Positions 31,912 to 45,614 of a stretch of 64,000 bases of DNA are shown one piece after another. Both the position numbers and the translations under genes were made by a program. The notes beneath the pieces are model-generated. The model was given only the letters and a program-made list of their open reading frames with translations, was not told the origin of the DNA and searched no databases. Each line of letters opens with the position of its first letter. The first letter of the stretch is position 1. The stretch comes from Eledone cirrhosa (taxonomy: Eukaryota): positions 99,882,001 to 99,946,000 of the forward strand of contig OZ024742.1 of NCBI GenBank assembly GCA_964016885.1. Direction: 5' to 3'.

Positions 31912-32095
31912 ATTAATTGTTTCTACTTTTGGCACAAGGCCAGCAATTACCCAGTGCATTACTGGTACTTTATTTTATCGACCCCGTAAGGATGAAAGGC
32001 AAAGTTAACCTCGGCGGGATTTGAACTCAGAATGGCAAGTGCCGTAACTCTATGCATCAAAGCATGGCGTCCTACCCTCTACCGATACTGCCAAT
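31912..32095 (-). mobile_element. Family-1 SINE
   Basis: Same tail, core and head as 19985-20144 and 51208-51395. Confidence 0.85.
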
Positions 32096-32214
32096 ACATT
32101 AATTATTGTAAATAAAGCTTAAATACTCCAATTTCATTTTCAACTTCATTTTTCTATATATTTACCCCTGTGAGGTATATTAAAAACCCTTACTTTCGAA
32201 TATATATATATTTG

Positions 32215-32549
32215 CTTTGGCCCTACTCGGTCACGAATGACCATGGTTTTGCACCTAGAAAGTTTCCCTCCGAGGCACAAGTCTGAGCAAGGTTTGTTTT
32301 GTGGAAGACCAGCAGTCACCCATGCATACCAGTCTCCCCTCTCTACGCCACCGATGTTGTCCAAGGGAAAGGCAATGGCCGAATCAGCTTGGCACCAGTG
32401 ACGTCTCAACTCACTTCTACAGCTGAGTAAGCTGGAGCAACGTGAAATAAAGTGTCTTGCTCAAGGAGACAACGCATCACCCGGTCCGAGAATCGAACTC
32501 ACAACCTCTCAATTGCAAGCCTAATGCTCTAACCACTAAGCCCTGCGCC

Positions 32550-32552
<3 letters not shown>
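32215..32552 (-). mobile_element. tRNA-derived SINE with a family-2-like head/core and a different tail
   Basis: A/B boxes GGCTTAGTGG..GTTCGATTC, core CCTTGAGCAAGACACTTTATTTCACGTTGCTCCAG. Tail is related to ~14900-15030. Confidence 0.75.
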
Positions 32553-32587
<35 letters not shown>

Positions 32588-32607
32588 ACACAACCGACCA
32601 GTTTGAA

Positions 32608-32641
<34 letters not shown>

Positions 32642-32661
32642 ACACACATATATATATGTGT

Positions 32662-32700
<39 letters not shown>

Positions 32701-32701
<1 letters not shown>

Positions 32702-33082
32702 TGGTAAACGGAATAGAAAATGCTGACAAATTGTTCACAGTTGAAAATGGTTTAATTAGGAATAAAAGAGTATTAGTGATTGTATGGGTTAATATTCAGT
32801 TGTGGTTTTAAGTTTTTAAGTTTTTACCGGTTGCGCATTTCTAAATGCTTTTCAAAAACAATTTTGAGATAGTGTCCGTGCTCAGATCAGAGCAAACAGC
32901 ACGGACACTCTATCTCAAAATTGTTTTTGAAAAGCATTTAGAAATGCGCAACCGGTAAAAACTTAAAAACTTAAAACCACAACTGAATACTAACCCATAC
33001 AATCACTAATACTCTTTTATTCCTAATTAAACCATTTTTCAACTGTGAACAATTTGTCAGCATTTTCTATTCCGTTTACCAA
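32701..33082. mobile_element. Near-perfect fold-back (~180-bp arms) with a decayed hammerhead
   Basis: 32701-32880 vs ~32899-33082. 32923-32962 reads GTTT-TTGAAAA-GCATTT.AG.AAATGC-GCAAC-CG-GTA-AAAAC. Confidence 0.85.
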
Positions 33083-33117
33083 TATATAATAACTTGTGTG
33101 TTACACCTCTATTCTTT

Positions 33118-33161
<44 letters not shown>

Positions 33162-33501
33162 CATATATATATATACACACATCGTCACACACATATAACT
33201 AACTTGTTTTCATTTAATTTATTCTGCCACTTTTACTCCGGTTAACTTGCCCTCATTTGGGTTGGTTTCCATTGTAGCAAATGTGATTTTTGTGCAACGT
33301 ACTTTGCATTTTCCTCCCGAATACCTATCTATAGATAACACCGTGGTTTCTATTGATGTACTGGTGGGGAGTAGCCCTGTCTTTTAAACCGTCTGAAATT
33401 ATAATGATCCCCTTGCAAAACAGCTGATAAGCGGGAATTATCTATCCAATTGCTTGTCTCTTCCACGTTTTATGTTATTATACTTCTCCCCGTGCTTTTT
33501 T

Positions 33502-33549
<48 letters not shown>

Positions 33550-34696
33550 TTTCTGAATTTGTTTAGCAAGATTCTTTATCTGAAACGTGTGTTGAAACCG
33601 ATATTGTTATGCTTTGGGAGGGTCATGTTGCCAATAAGAAACACACTCACCAGTTGCTTTCACTGTGAAAGCAACTGGTGCGTGTGTTTCTTATATATAT
33701 ATATATATATATATTCTTATATTTGGGATGGTCATGTTGCCGGTATTGCCAATAGAAGGAAACAAATGCGCCATATAATTTTCACTTTATCTTTAATGTC
33801 CGTTATTCATTTGGTTATCAAAGTTCTTTCATCACACATTCTGTGACTTCCTCAATGATTATCTGTTTTGTGACTCCAATTTTTCCTGGTCTGAAATTTT
33901 TCCTTCATCTAGTTTATTTTGTGGTGCATTCTATGTGTTTTGTGGCTGTTCATGCGTTTGCGCATGCGTCTGTGTGGTGTGTGTAAGTGTTTTTGTGTGT
34001 GTCGTATCTATGTTTTTTTATGTGTGGAGGGTTTGCATCATTTGCTGTTTGTGTCTTTATTCTGTCTTCAGGCATTAAGGTGTGGGCTGTTACTACTCCA
34101 CTCGTGTTTTCAGTTTAAACTAGGGCATCTTCTATTATGTGAGTGGCCTCCGTAATTTGGCTGAGTGTTGCGTCAGTTCTATGTGTATATAGGATCTTTA
34201 TTTCTATGTTATCTTTGTTATCTTTTGAGATTTCCTGTTCTAGTTTGGCATGGTGGTATAGCACTGATAAGCCTTTCCCCTCCTTAAGTGTTCCTTTAAT
34301 ATCTCTGCTATACTACGGGCTGCATCTCCTATGTATGAAGTTTCAGGAAACACGAATTTGAACCTCAACGTAATATTTTGGTAAATTCATCCTGTTCTGA
34401 TCCTTATTTCTATATATTTTGGCAAAATATTACTTTTTTTTAAATATAAGTCTAATTTCGTTAAAATTTTTTTTGTAAAGACAATAAGTCTCGTGTTTAA
34501 TCAGTACTAGAAGAAATTTGATCATACGTTTGCTGGAAAACGGTTGACTTGCGTTAAAAAATATTAAGAGCCTTAGAAGCTAAAGAAACGTATTTAGATC
34601 GTTATACAACTGTGTCTAAATTTACACATCTTTCTCTGATTCCAAACAATTCTAAAAGTACGGGATAAGGCAATATTTGTTACGGTATAGCCATGC

Positions 34697-34760
34697 GGGT
34701 CCATGGTGTGGTGACTGCTTCATACGCAGAAGGTCTTGAGTTCGAGATTCGCTGGAACCT
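34697..34760 (+). pseudogene. tRNA-Val-derived pseudogene (D-arm deletion; loop reads CAT)
   Basis: GGGTCCATGGTGTGGTGACTGCTTCATACGCAGAAGGTC...TGGAACC. Confidence 0.75.
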
Positions 34761-35359
34761 ATGATAGTATCTAAGATTTTTCGAAAATTTATTGTTTGCA
34801 TTTTTAATTTTTTCTCATATTTCAGATGTTACTGATTATTTTGTTTTAATTATGGAAAGGCAATCTATATATTATAAGTTTGAAAATGAAATTAGCCTAA
34901 TTGTGTCTGACGTTAGTCTAAACAACAATATTAATTACATTCACCTGTTTATATTTAAACATTAACTTTCTTTAGATCGAGACCGTCCGTATGAATATCA
35001 TTCGAGAATAAACAGTTTGCACACACAAGATAGTAATATTCAAAATTATTTGATCATAAGTACGTACGTGATTCCATTGTGTAGCACTTAACACGTCTGC
35101 TTTAAAAACAGAAGACTGTGACTTTGATGCTCAACGGTATATTTTGGTGAATTCATTTATATTGTTCTGATGTTTATCTTCATATATTTTCGCAAACTAT
35201 TTTGAAAAACTAACGTTAATTTTATTAAAGTGAGTTTTAAAAAGTCAAAGAATCTCGAGTTTTCTTAGTACTAGAAAACATGTGTTTATACGTTAGCTGG
35301 GACGCAGCTGACCTGTATTTTAAAACAGTAAGATCCTTAAAACGTATCTGATTATATCT

Positions 35360-35810
35360 CCTTCATCATCTTCGAGCCCTAACTGGCGATTGGGGAAAGC
35401 TGTCCTCTCATCAAATACGCTGCTGTGGGTGCCGCTAGTTGACGGACTCCGATGATGATTTTCTTCCACGCATTTCTATCCATGGCGCTGACAATAGCAT
35501 GGTCGAGATCGATCGATGCAATTTCAGGTCCTTCTCGATTTGTTCTGCCCATGTCTTCTTCGCTGCGCTGCGCTGGGTTCCCCAATAAATAACTCACTGT
35601 CATGAAAAAAGTTGGTGCGGCAGTCTTCTGGTTTTTATCCTGAAGACGTGGCCACTCTACTATAGCCTTCCTTGCCGGGTTTGGTTTTCAATGGTCGGCT
35701 GCTGCTGCTGCTGCTGACATTGTTCTTGGGTGTTCTTGTTTGAGATTTGGTCACGTTGTGAGACACTAAGACAAGACACCAAGACACCTTTGGAGCATCT
35801 CGAGCTTATT
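35360..35810 (-). mobile_element. RTE-type LINE 3' end
   Basis: Minus strand reads DLDHAIVSAMDRNAWKKII and ends in a GAAGATGATGAAG tail. Confidence 0.65.
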
Positions 35811-35829
35811 CAGGTATTATTTGAGGATA

Positions 35830-37062
35830 GTCCAGGTCCCACCCCTTTAGAGGTGGGCAGGTAGGAACAGCCAGAAGAAATGACGGATCTTGATTCTTAG
35901 GGAGATATGAGGCTTCTTCCAGACACTCCAGTGAGGGGATCCAAACTCAAATGTCACAGACCCGATTTGATAGTTGATCTCTGCTATTGACGTCATTTTT
36001 TCCTCTGCACCCAGTGAGCCAAGATAATTGAACTCCCTAACCTACACAATCTGAAGGACGGTCCCAAGCCTGGCTCCAAAAGGAGGAGAGTGGATGCCCT
36101 GCCGAGGTCACCAGCACCAGCAAACTGAGGAAAATAGGTCAGAAACCCATTCATGCTACCGCATCCGGGGCAGCCGTAACGTCAGTATTGGTAACCCAGG
36201 ATATTGATGATAAAGGTACTAATGAACAAACCAAATAACTTTTCATGCTCTAGACAGGCATGTGACCGTCTGGAATGTTCGAACTTGACATCAAGTCAGG
36301 CAGAAAGAGCTCATCAACTGAGGACTCATCAATGTGGCATTTCGATCACGGCACTATCTGAACTGCGACTTACTGCCTCAGGAGCAATGGTCATCATCCC
36401 AAACACAACGTTAACACTCTACTATTCTGGTGGTGACAACCATGAAGCTGGGGTCAGCTTCATGGTTGACTAAATGGCTTCACACAGTGTAATCGCATTT
36501 CAACCAGTGTCCGACTACCAGACAGTCCTCACCATCAATGGAATTATCAATACACACATCCTCTCTGTCTATGTGCACACTGAGATCAGCTCATACACCA
36601 GTAAGGATGACTTCTATTATCAACTACAACATATGATGGACCTGATTCCACAAACTGAAATGACCATCCTCGCTGGCGACCTCAGTGCTCATGTTTGCTC
36701 GGACAAATCTGGTTGGGAGACTACCAAGGCCAATCTGGGGCAGGTAGAAATCAACGACAATGGGCTCTAACAATGGGCTTTCTACCATTCGCTACAACAA
36801 ATATCCTGATCATCTGGAACACCCACATCGAACATCTTCTAAATCATCAGCCCACGTCACGAAATCCGTCCGGAAAGGGGTCGATGATCCTAGACTATTT
36901 GCTTATCAGTGCTCAGTTCGGATCATCAGACCAGAATGTTCGAGCCAAAACTAGACCCGATTGCGGCTCTGACCACAACTTCGTTCGTGCCCGGATTCGC
37001 CTGAAACTCCAACAGGTAAAACGTAAATTGCCGGAAGTGACTAGATTGGACTGGATTCAGCT
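35830..37062 (+). mobile_element. RTE-type LINE 5' part: 5' UTR plus decayed AP endonuclease
   Basis: ITALSELRL, YYSGG..HEAGVSF, ILAGDLSAHV, NDNG, LDYLLIS, CGSDHNFVRARIRL across ORFs 36204-37099. Confidence 0.85.
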
Positions 37063-37486
37063 AGCTTTTCTCAGTCGAGGATCAATAAAATCTGAATAAA
37101 AAAACAAGCGGTTTAGAGTCACAAGATACGAACAATTCAATTAATTGATCAAACGTCTTCATATAGTTCGATAGTGTAGAGGTTATCACGTCTGCTTCAC
37201 TCGCTGAGGCTCGCAAGTTTGAACCTTTGCTTCTACAATCTTTTTTAATCATGTAGTGTCCTGTTTGTTAGTGTCTCATATATTTCACTTCCATTTCTCT
37301 ACACGATGATTTCAACTACCAGTTCTGTATATTTTCTCCATGCTATAACAAAGCTTATCTTCATCATACAACAGTACCAGTCTTTGATACTAAAGTTAGG
37401 TTACCCTTCATATCAACAGCTTATAAATTTACGCATCTTCCACTGAATTCAAACAAGTGTAAATGTGGTTGATAGGGCACTAAATC

Positions 37487-37760
37487 AGTCTAAAGTCTTA
37501 TATAAGCCAGAATGCTTATTTGGCCGATGCTTATCGCGGTTTCATGGTGGGAAGTGACTGAGAGTACAAGACTCTCCCCTTCACAGGACGCCAGTCCATC
37601 GCAGGTTTAAACCCCCAGCTATTGTTGCTACTCATTTTCACCTGAGTATACTGGATCAACGTGTAATGAAGTGTTTTGCTCAAAAACATAACACGCAACC
37701 CAGGAATCGAACCCACAACATTATGATCCAACACCCTTACCACTATCCATGTGCCTCCAC
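37487..37760 (-). mobile_element. Family-2 SINE inserted at the 5' flank of a tRNA module
   Basis: Close copy of 19048-19326. Lies just after the array's GATAGGGCA motif. A tRNA 5' stub follows at 37797. Confidence 0.85.
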
Positions 37761-38580
37761 TATGATGAGGCACTATGTGCAAGAAAATAACGAGGAGGTT
37801 CCATGGTGTAGTGATTATACGTTAGCTGGAACGGAGATGACCTGCAATATTAATCAGTAAGTGTCTTATGAACTAAAGATACATAAATGATTATATCATA
37901 CTATTTAGATCATGAAAGAAACGCAAACAAGCAAACATCTAAACACCCAAACCATGAAAAAAGTGCTCCAAAACGACGAGAACTTATGCAAAATAGGTAA
38001 ATTTTACCTAATGAAAGCTATACCCATTTTCCCAAGGAAGAAATGTCTCACCCACCCCAAAAAGGGCAGGAGATCTCATCGGACAGATGGAGTTTTACTG
38101 GTCTGGAAACGTTTCTAAATATACACATATTTCAGTAAATTGAAACAATTGTAAGAATATGTGATGAGGCAATATTTGTAATAATGTAATCGTATTATTC
38201 CATGGTGTAGAGGTTATCACATCTACTTAACAGGGAGATCGTGGAAACATTTTAGATTTCAATTCTAATAAAAAAAACTTATTTATTTGCATCTTTAATT
38301 TATTCATAACTTTTCCTTATTACTTCTGTTTTTAAAATTATTGAAAGACTCGTTATATAGAGAAGGTTTGAAAATGAAATATAGGAGCTCGTGTGTTCGA
38401 GGACATATGAAGGCAGGTCTAGACAAATCTACCTGTCTTAGAGCTGAACAACTACATTAAATATTTTAGAACTAAACTGAGTTTTATTTATGTAACCGTT
38501 CATAGCATAGTATTTAGATCGTAACTCAACAACTTCTAAATTTACACATCTTCCACCTTTTTATAAAGTTTAAATGTAAA

Positions 38581-38653
38581 TATTCCATAGTGTAGTGGTT
38601 CTCACGTCTGGTTCACACGCAGAAGGTCGTAAGTTCTAAATTCGCTGGAACCT
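38581..38653 (+). pseudogene. tRNA-Val(CAC)-like, degenerate
   Basis: Mismatches in acceptor, anticodon and T stems; T-loop TTCTAAA. Confidence 0.75.
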
Positions 38654-39414
38654 ATCAGAATATCTACACTCGTTAGAAACTTTTATTTTTTTATATTTCC
38701 ATCATTAATTTGTAGTTATTTTTATGATGTTACTGCGTATGTTTTAATTATTGAAAGCCAATATATTTAGAATATGTTTGAAAGATAAATTCATGGCGGC
38801 ATATTTTACAGAATATTACACCATTCACGACAGGTCTGTGAAATTGTGTCTGACCTAAGTCTAGACAACACAATTAATTACATTCACTCCTTTATATATT
38901 CACCTATTTCTCTTGTACAATATTTTTTTTAGATAGAGATCTTTCTCATGAATACTAATCGAGAATAAATAGTTTGCACACACAAGATACATATATTACA
39001 AAACTATTTGATTATAAGTAAGTATGCGACGTGACATATCACGTCTGCAGAAGACCCGTGTCCGAAACTCAACGTAATATTTTGTGTAAATTCATTTATA
39101 TTGTTCAGATTTTTATCTTCATATATTCTGGCATGGCAAAATATTACTATTGAAAACATAAGGCTAATTTTGTTAAAATGTGTTTTGAAAATATCGCATT
39201 TAGTCAAGAATGGAACCCATTTCGTCAAACGTTTGCTGGAACGAGTCTAACCTACGTTATAAAACAGTACCAAACTTAGACGCTAAAGTTAGCTAACAGT
39301 TCATAATAATATTCAGGTGATTAATGAACTAATTCAATTTTACACATCTTTCACTAAGTTGAAGCAAATGAAAATATTTTTGATAAGGAAATATTTGCAA
39401 CATCTGAATAACGT

Positions 39415-39487
39415 GGTTCCATGGTGTAGTGGTTATCACATCTGCTTAACACGCAGAAGGTCGTGAGTTCGAAACTCGCTGGAACCT
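39415..39487 (+). tRNA. tRNA-Val(AAC) on a Val-TAC-type scaffold, intact cloverleaf
   Basis: GGTTCCA/TGGAACC, GTG/CAC, TCTGC-TTAACAC-GCAGA, GTGAG-TTCGAAA-CTCGC; T at position 73. Confidence 0.85.
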
Positions 39488-39704
39488 ATGTTAGTATCTA
39501 AAATTGTTCTTTTTAGTAGCATCTGCAATTTTTTCTTTTATTTCAGATTTTATTGCTGATATTTTAATTATTGATAGCCAATGTATATAGAATGGATTTG
39601 AAACATGATATTCATGACGGCGTAGTTTCCAGGATATTGTACCTTTGAAGATAGGTTTGCGTAATTGTGCTGACCTACGAATAAAGAACAACATTAATTA
39701 CCTT

Positions 39705-39815
39705 CCCCCCGCCGAGGTTAGCTTTACCTTTCATCCTTACGTGGGTCGATAAAATAAAGTATCAGTAATGTACTGGGTAATTGCTGGCCTTGTGCCAAAA
39801 GTAGAAACAATTAAT
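39705..39815 (+). mobile_element. 5'-truncated family-1 SINE
   Basis: Core plus tail, flanked by a repeated ATTAATTACCTTC (possible target-site duplication). Confidence 0.75.
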
Positions 39816-40339
39816 TACCTTCACCTATTTATAAAAACATTCCCCTATTCATATTTGCAGATAATCGTTTCTAGATAGAAACCATCCTTATGAATATAAG
39901 TCGAGAAAAATAGTTTGAAAACACAAGATACGTATAATACAAAATGCTTTGATCAGAATTACGTTCGTGGATTCACGTCTGTTTTACAATCAGAAGACCC
40001 CTATCCGAAACTCAACGAAATATCTTGGTATATTCATATATGTTGTTCTGATTTCTATCTTCTAGTGAAATATTACTTTTGAAAAAATATGCTTAATTTT
40101 GTTGAAATGTGTTTTGAAAAGACATTAAATCTCGAGTTTGATCAGTACTAGAAAGCATTTGATCATACGTTTGCTGGAACTGGGCTGACCAACGTTAATA
40201 AAACAGCAAGAGACTTACAAGCTAAAGATAGGTACCTGATCATATCATAGTATCTACAACGTTAAAAAACTGTTTCTACATTTACACATCATTCACGGAA
40301 TCTAAACAATTCACAAAGAATGTGATACTGTAGTCGAGC

Positions 40340-40412
40340 GATTACATGGTCTAATGGCTATCATATCTACGACACATGCAGAAGGTCGTGAGTTCAAATC
40401 TCGCTGGAACCT
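40340..40412 (+). pseudogene. tRNA-Val(CAC)-like, degenerate
   Basis: Many substitutions in the 5' half; 3' half recognisable. Confidence 0.7.
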
Positions 40413-40550
40413 AATCAAAATGTTTTCAGAAACATTTATTTGCATCTTTTCCATATTACATTACCACGTACTTTTTATATAGAGCAGCTACATTAAGGAT
40501 CTTATGCAAATGTGCTTCATAATGCAATATCTTCAGAAAAATGAGCAAGG

Positions 40551-40623
40551 TGATCAATGGTGTAGTGGTTATAACATCTGATTTACACACAGAAGGTCGT
40601 AAGTTCGAAACTCGGTGGAACCC
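40551..40623 (+). pseudogene. tRNA-Val(TAC)-like, degenerate
   Basis: Broken acceptor and anticodon stems. Confidence 0.7.
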
Positions 40624-41269
40624 GAGAGAGTATCTGCAATGTTTAGAAACATTTTATATATGCATCATTAATTTTTTTTTATCGTTATTTTAAAGATGTT
40701 ACTGCGTATTCTTTAATTATTAAAAGCCTAAATAATAAGTTTGAAAAATAGAGTTCATGAATAAGTTTGAAAAGTGAAATTCATGACAGCATATATTTCA
40801 GAATATTACACCTTTGTAGGCATGTCTGTAAAATAAATTTGAAAGATAAATTTATGACGTCACATTTTACAGGACATTACAACATGGAAGACAGGTCTGT
40901 AAAATTGTGTCTGATTTAAATCTAGACGACAACATTTTTAAATATATTCACGTGTTTATACTTGTACATAAACATTTTTAGATTGAGACATTTCTTATGA
41001 ATATAAGTTGGGAATAAATAGTTTGTACACACAAGCTACATATAATACAAATTTATTTGATCATCTGTGTCCGTCGGGGACGAGGTGCTCCCAGTGAATG
41101 GAACGGCATTTTCTTATAATAGTGACTGATGTTGTGGGCGATGGATTCGGGGACAGTGACTATACCAACATTGTTGAAGTATTTTGTAGAATTTAAGGGT
41201 TGAATTATGAATGAACAAAGAATGAACTATCTTAATAGTAGTCAATATATATTACCCCAGTACGTATGT

Positions 41270-41341
41270 GATTCCATTGTGTAGCAATTATCAGGTCTGT
41301 TTTACAAACAGAAGACCACGAGTTCGAAACTCAACGGAATA
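41270..41341 (+). pseudogene. Diverged tRNA-Val(TAC)-like subfamily
   Basis: GATTCCATTGTGTAGCAATTATCAGG-TCTGT-TTTACAA-ACAGA..GTTCGAAAC. Relatives at 35070, 45615, 48841 (-), 55981 and 61219. Confidence 0.65.
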
Positions 41342-41691
41342 TTTTGTGTCAATTCATTTGTGTTGTCTAATTTTTACTTTCATATAATTTGGCGAAATAG
41401 TACGTTTTTAAAAATAAGACTAATTTCCTTAAAATGTGTTTTGCAAAGACAATAAATCTCGTGTTTTGTCAGTAATAGAAAATGTTTGATCATAGGTTTG
41501 CGGAAACAGGGCTGACTAGCATTACAAATAGTATGTGACATGGAAGCTGAAGACTCGTAATTGATTTTATCATAGTATATTTTTTAAATCCTGTAGTTTC
41601 ATGGTTGTTACATATCATATATTTCTTTCACGAAATAGAAGCAAATGAAAATGTGCTTGATATGTCAACGTATGTAACTAAACGCTGACGT

Positions 41692-41764
41692 GGTTCCATG
41701 GTGTAGTGGTTATCACATCTACTTAACACGCAGAAGGTCGTGAGTTCGAAACTCGCTGGAACCT
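41692..41764 (+). tRNA. tRNA-Val(AAC)-like, one anticodon-stem mismatch
   Basis: As 39415 but with TCTAC/GCAGA. Confidence 0.65.
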
Positions 41765-42130
41765 ATGAGGGAGTCTACAATGTGTAGAAACTTTTTATAT
41801 TTGCATCATTTTTTTTGTGATTTTAATATGTTACTGCGTATTCTTTAACTATTGAAAGGCAATATATATAGAATAAGTTTGAAAGATAAATCTATGACGT
41901 CATATTTTACATGACTTTATAATATTGAAGACAGTTCTGTGAAATTATGTTTGACCTAATTCTAGCAACAACATTAATGACATTCACCTATTTTTAAATA
42001 TATTCATGTTAAAGTTAGGTAACCGTTCATAATATTTAGGTCATTAATGAACTAATTCAATGTTACACATCTTTCACTAAAGTGAATGAAAATGAAAATA
42101 TGTTTGATAAAGCAACAATTGTAACCAAGC

Positions 42131-42203
42131 AATTCCATGGTGTAGTGGTTATCACATCAGCTTCACACGCAGAAGGTCGTGAGTTCGAAACTCGCTGGAA
42201 GCT
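42131..42203 (+). pseudogene. tRNA-Val(CAC)-like, broken acceptor stem
   Basis: AATTCCA/TGGAAGC; TCAGC/GCAGA. Confidence 0.7.
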
Positions 42204-42618
42204 AATTAAAACCTAGTTTCAGTGTTTTGAGAAACTTTTATTTGCCCCTTTTTTATATTAACTTACAACATACTCTTTATTTAGAACAACTACATTAAGT
42301 AGCTTAGAAATAAACTTAGATCAAAACTAGTTGTAACTTTTGCTTCTATATTTATTTTAATCCTGTAGCGTCGTATTTGTTAGTGTCTGATATATTTCTC
42401 CCGTTTCTCTACACGATTTCAACTACCAGTTCTGTATATTCTACCTATGCTGTAACTCAGCTCACTTGCATCATACAACAGTACCAGACTTTGACACTAA
42501 AGTTAGGTAACATTTAATATAGTATTTATATCGTAAATCAGCAGCTTCTAAATTTCCACTGAATCGATCAAATGTAAATGTGCTTGATAAGGCAATATCA
42601 GCAAGTATGGAAGCATGG

Positions 42619-42691
42619 GGTTCCATGGTGTAGTGGTTATCACATCTGCTTTACACGCAGAAGGTCGTGAGTTCGAAACTCGCTGGAACCT
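42619..42691 (+). tRNA. tRNA-Val(TAC), intact cloverleaf
   Basis: All stems pair; loop TTTACAC; A and B boxes intact; T-run about 27 nt downstream. Confidence 0.88.
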
Positions 42692-43484
42692 GAGAGAGTA
42701 TCTACAATGATTTGAAACTTTTTTTTATATTTGCCTCATTAATGTTTTGTTATGTTAAAGATGTTACTGCGCATGTTTTAATTATGAAAGGCAATATATA
42801 TATAGAATATGTTTGAAAGATAAATTCATGACGACATTTTTACATGATATTACACCATTGAAGACAGGTATGTGAAGTTATGTCCAACCTATGTCTAAAC
42901 TACAGCAGAAAGTTTTATATGCCACATTTTCATGTTACCTTACAACATACTTTTAATAGAGAACAATTACATTAAAGATCTTAGAAGTGGATTGAGGTTT
43001 ATATACACATTTAAGTTTACTATTCTGCCACACTAGCGTTTCTACGTTGAGAGCGTCCCTAAAAATCTAAATGAAGCATAAATATTTTACACTCTAAGGA
43101 TACATATTACAAAATTATTTGGTGAAATGTCTGTAAATGGTTCACAAGTGCTTGAAACAAAGATGTTCGAAACTCGCAGGAAACTTTGATAAACTGTGGT
43201 TTGATTATTCTTTTGGTAAGCCTGTAGTATTATGTTTGTTAGAAATCATACACCTCTTCCGTTTATCTATACTATGATTTCAATTTCCAGTTCTGTATCT
43301 TTTACCAATGCTGGGTAGGGCTGACCTCCGTTATATTAGAGTATCAGCCTTAGAGGTTAAAGTTAGCTAACTGTTCATAATATTTAAGTCATTATTGAAC
43401 TTATTAAATTTTACATATCTTTCACTAAATTGAAGCAAATGGACATGCATTTCATAAGGCATTATTTTCAACAGCTCAAAGCCC

Positions 43485-43557
43485 GGTTTCATGGTGTAGC
43501 GGTTATCTCATCTGCTTAACACGCAGAAGGTCGTGAGTTCGAAACTCGCTGGAACCT
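43485..43557 (+). tRNA. tRNA-Val(AAC)-like, D-stem mismatch
   Basis: GGTTTCA (G-U wobble); GTG/CTC. Confidence 0.55.
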
Positions 43558-44350
43558 ATGTTAATATCTAAACTTTTGGGGGGGGGGGGGTTTATTTGCA
43601 TCTGTAATTTTTTTTATTTCAGATTTTATTGCATATTTTTTTTTCAATTATTGAAAGCTAATGTATTTAGAATGGATTTGAAAAATGAAATTCATGACAA
43701 CATATGTTCTAGGATATTGTACATCTGAACGTTGGGTTGCGTATTTGTATTTGACCTATGACTAAACAACAACATTGATTACATTCACCAATTTATAAAT
43801 ACATTCACCAATATATTCACCTGTTATATTCACACATTATCTTTTCTAGATCGAAACCATCCTTTTGAATATAAGTCGAGAATAAATAGTTTGGAAAAAC
43901 AAGAAACGCATAATACAAAATTATTTGATCAGAATCACGTTCATGGTGCAGTATATATGACGTCTGTTTATAGGAAGAAGACCCGTGTCCGAAACTCAAC
44001 GGAATATCTTGTGTAGATTCATTTATGTTGTTCTAGATTTTATCTTCATATATTCCGGCAAAATATTATTGTTAAAAATAAGGCTAATTTTGTTAAAATC
44101 TGTGTCAAAAAGACAACAAATCTCTAGGTTGAGCAATAGTAGAAAAGATTTGATTACATGTTAGCTGAAACTTGACTAACCAGCAATATAAAACAATTAG
44201 AGACTTAAAAGCTAAAGATGGATACGTAACGGTTCATATAATAATGTTTATATCGTTAAACAAATGTTTTTAAAAGTACACACCATTCACGAAATTGAAA
44301 CAGTTCTCAAAGTATGTGATAAGGCAATATTTGTAATAGTGTTAACATAT

Positions 44351-44423
44351 AGTTCCATGGTGTACTGGTTATCGCGTCTGATTTACACGCAGGAGGTCGT
44401 GAATTCGAAACTCGCTGGAGCCT
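44351..44423 (+). pseudogene. tRNA-Val(TAC)-like, degenerate
   Basis: Multiple stem mismatches. Confidence 0.7.
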
Positions 44424-44865
44424 CTTTCTGTATACAATTCTGATAGAAAAAACTTCTTTTTGTGTATCTTTAATTAATTTCGTAATGTTTGTTTCTAAAA
44501 TGAATGAAAGACTCGATATATAGAGTATATTTGAAAATGAAATATCGTATATATGTATTCCAGGGTATATGAAGGCAAGTCTACATAAATTTGTGCCTGT
44601 CTTCGAGCTGAACAACTACATTAGATATGTTAGAAATAAACTGACGATTAGAAACACATTCAGGTTAATATATATCACACTAGTTTTTCTCAGTCGAGAG
44701 TATCAATATAAATCTGAGTCAAACAAAAGAGGTTTAGAGTCATAAGATATGTACAATACAAAATGATGTGATTAAACATCTTCATATAGTCCCATAGTGT
44801 AGTTGTTATCACATCTAATTAATAAAGTGAAGAAGGTTAGTTCAAAACTAATTATTGGAATAGAA

Positions 44866-45343
44866 TCTAAACTATAATAATGTAAGGAGTGCGGGACTGC
44901 GTCCAGAATATATTCTTTTATCCCGTTGGTAAAATAGGTTGTATTACTTTGAATAAATAATGAATGAATATTACATAATTTATCTACTAAATTTAGTTAT
45001 TCTTGATTAAATATAAATAATTTTGTTGTTTATTTTAAGATTCACTTCTTTAAAATTTTCAAATGTCAACACTTCCGGTTAGCGATCGCTTAAATACACA
45101 TTCATATATTTCCGTCACTAATTTTCTCTTAATGCAGTTTATATATAATATCGTCTTTTTTTAATGTATCATGAATTACATAAGACAGTGTAACGCAGTC
45201 TTCGTTCAATTTCTGTGGATATTGTCAATTACTATTCTATTTGATGTATCATATCTACATGCATATATACTTGCGTGTATAATATCAATATGCATACTAC
45301 ACATGCCAGCAGAAAACCACCCGAAGGGTGGTTTTTCTGCTAG
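44866..45343 (+). mobile_element. Non-autonomous Helitron
   Basis: Starts with TC after A. Ends with hairpin AAAACCACCC-GAA-GGGTGGTTTT then CTAG before T. Interrupts array sequence. Confidence 0.75.
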
Positions 45344-45614
45344 TATATATATATAATGTCTGATAGTCAAATTCATGACGACATATTTTACAGCATATTA
45401 CAACATTAAAGTAACGTCTGTGAAATTATGTCTGATCTAAGTCTAGACAACAACATTAATTACATTCACCGCTTTATAAATATATTCACCTATTTATACT
45501 TGCACATTGTCATTCTGGGATCGAGACCTTTCTTATGAACATAAGTCGAGAATAAATAGTTTGGACACACAAGATACGTATTATAAAACACTATTACATC
45601 ATAAGTATGTATGT

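Noticed and set aside
32701-33082. Palindromes as sequencing or amplification chimeras
   Set aside because: Arms differ by substitutions and indels and have spacers, which favours real genomic inverted repeats; long reads would settle it.
33240-33460. Possible Penelope RT fragment on the minus strand (FKRQGYSP)
   Set aside because: Single short motif with surrounding stops; too weak to call.
45309-45340. Hairpin followed by T-run resembling a bacterial terminator
   Set aside because: Eukaryotic DNA; hairpin plus CTAG fits a Helitron 3' end better.
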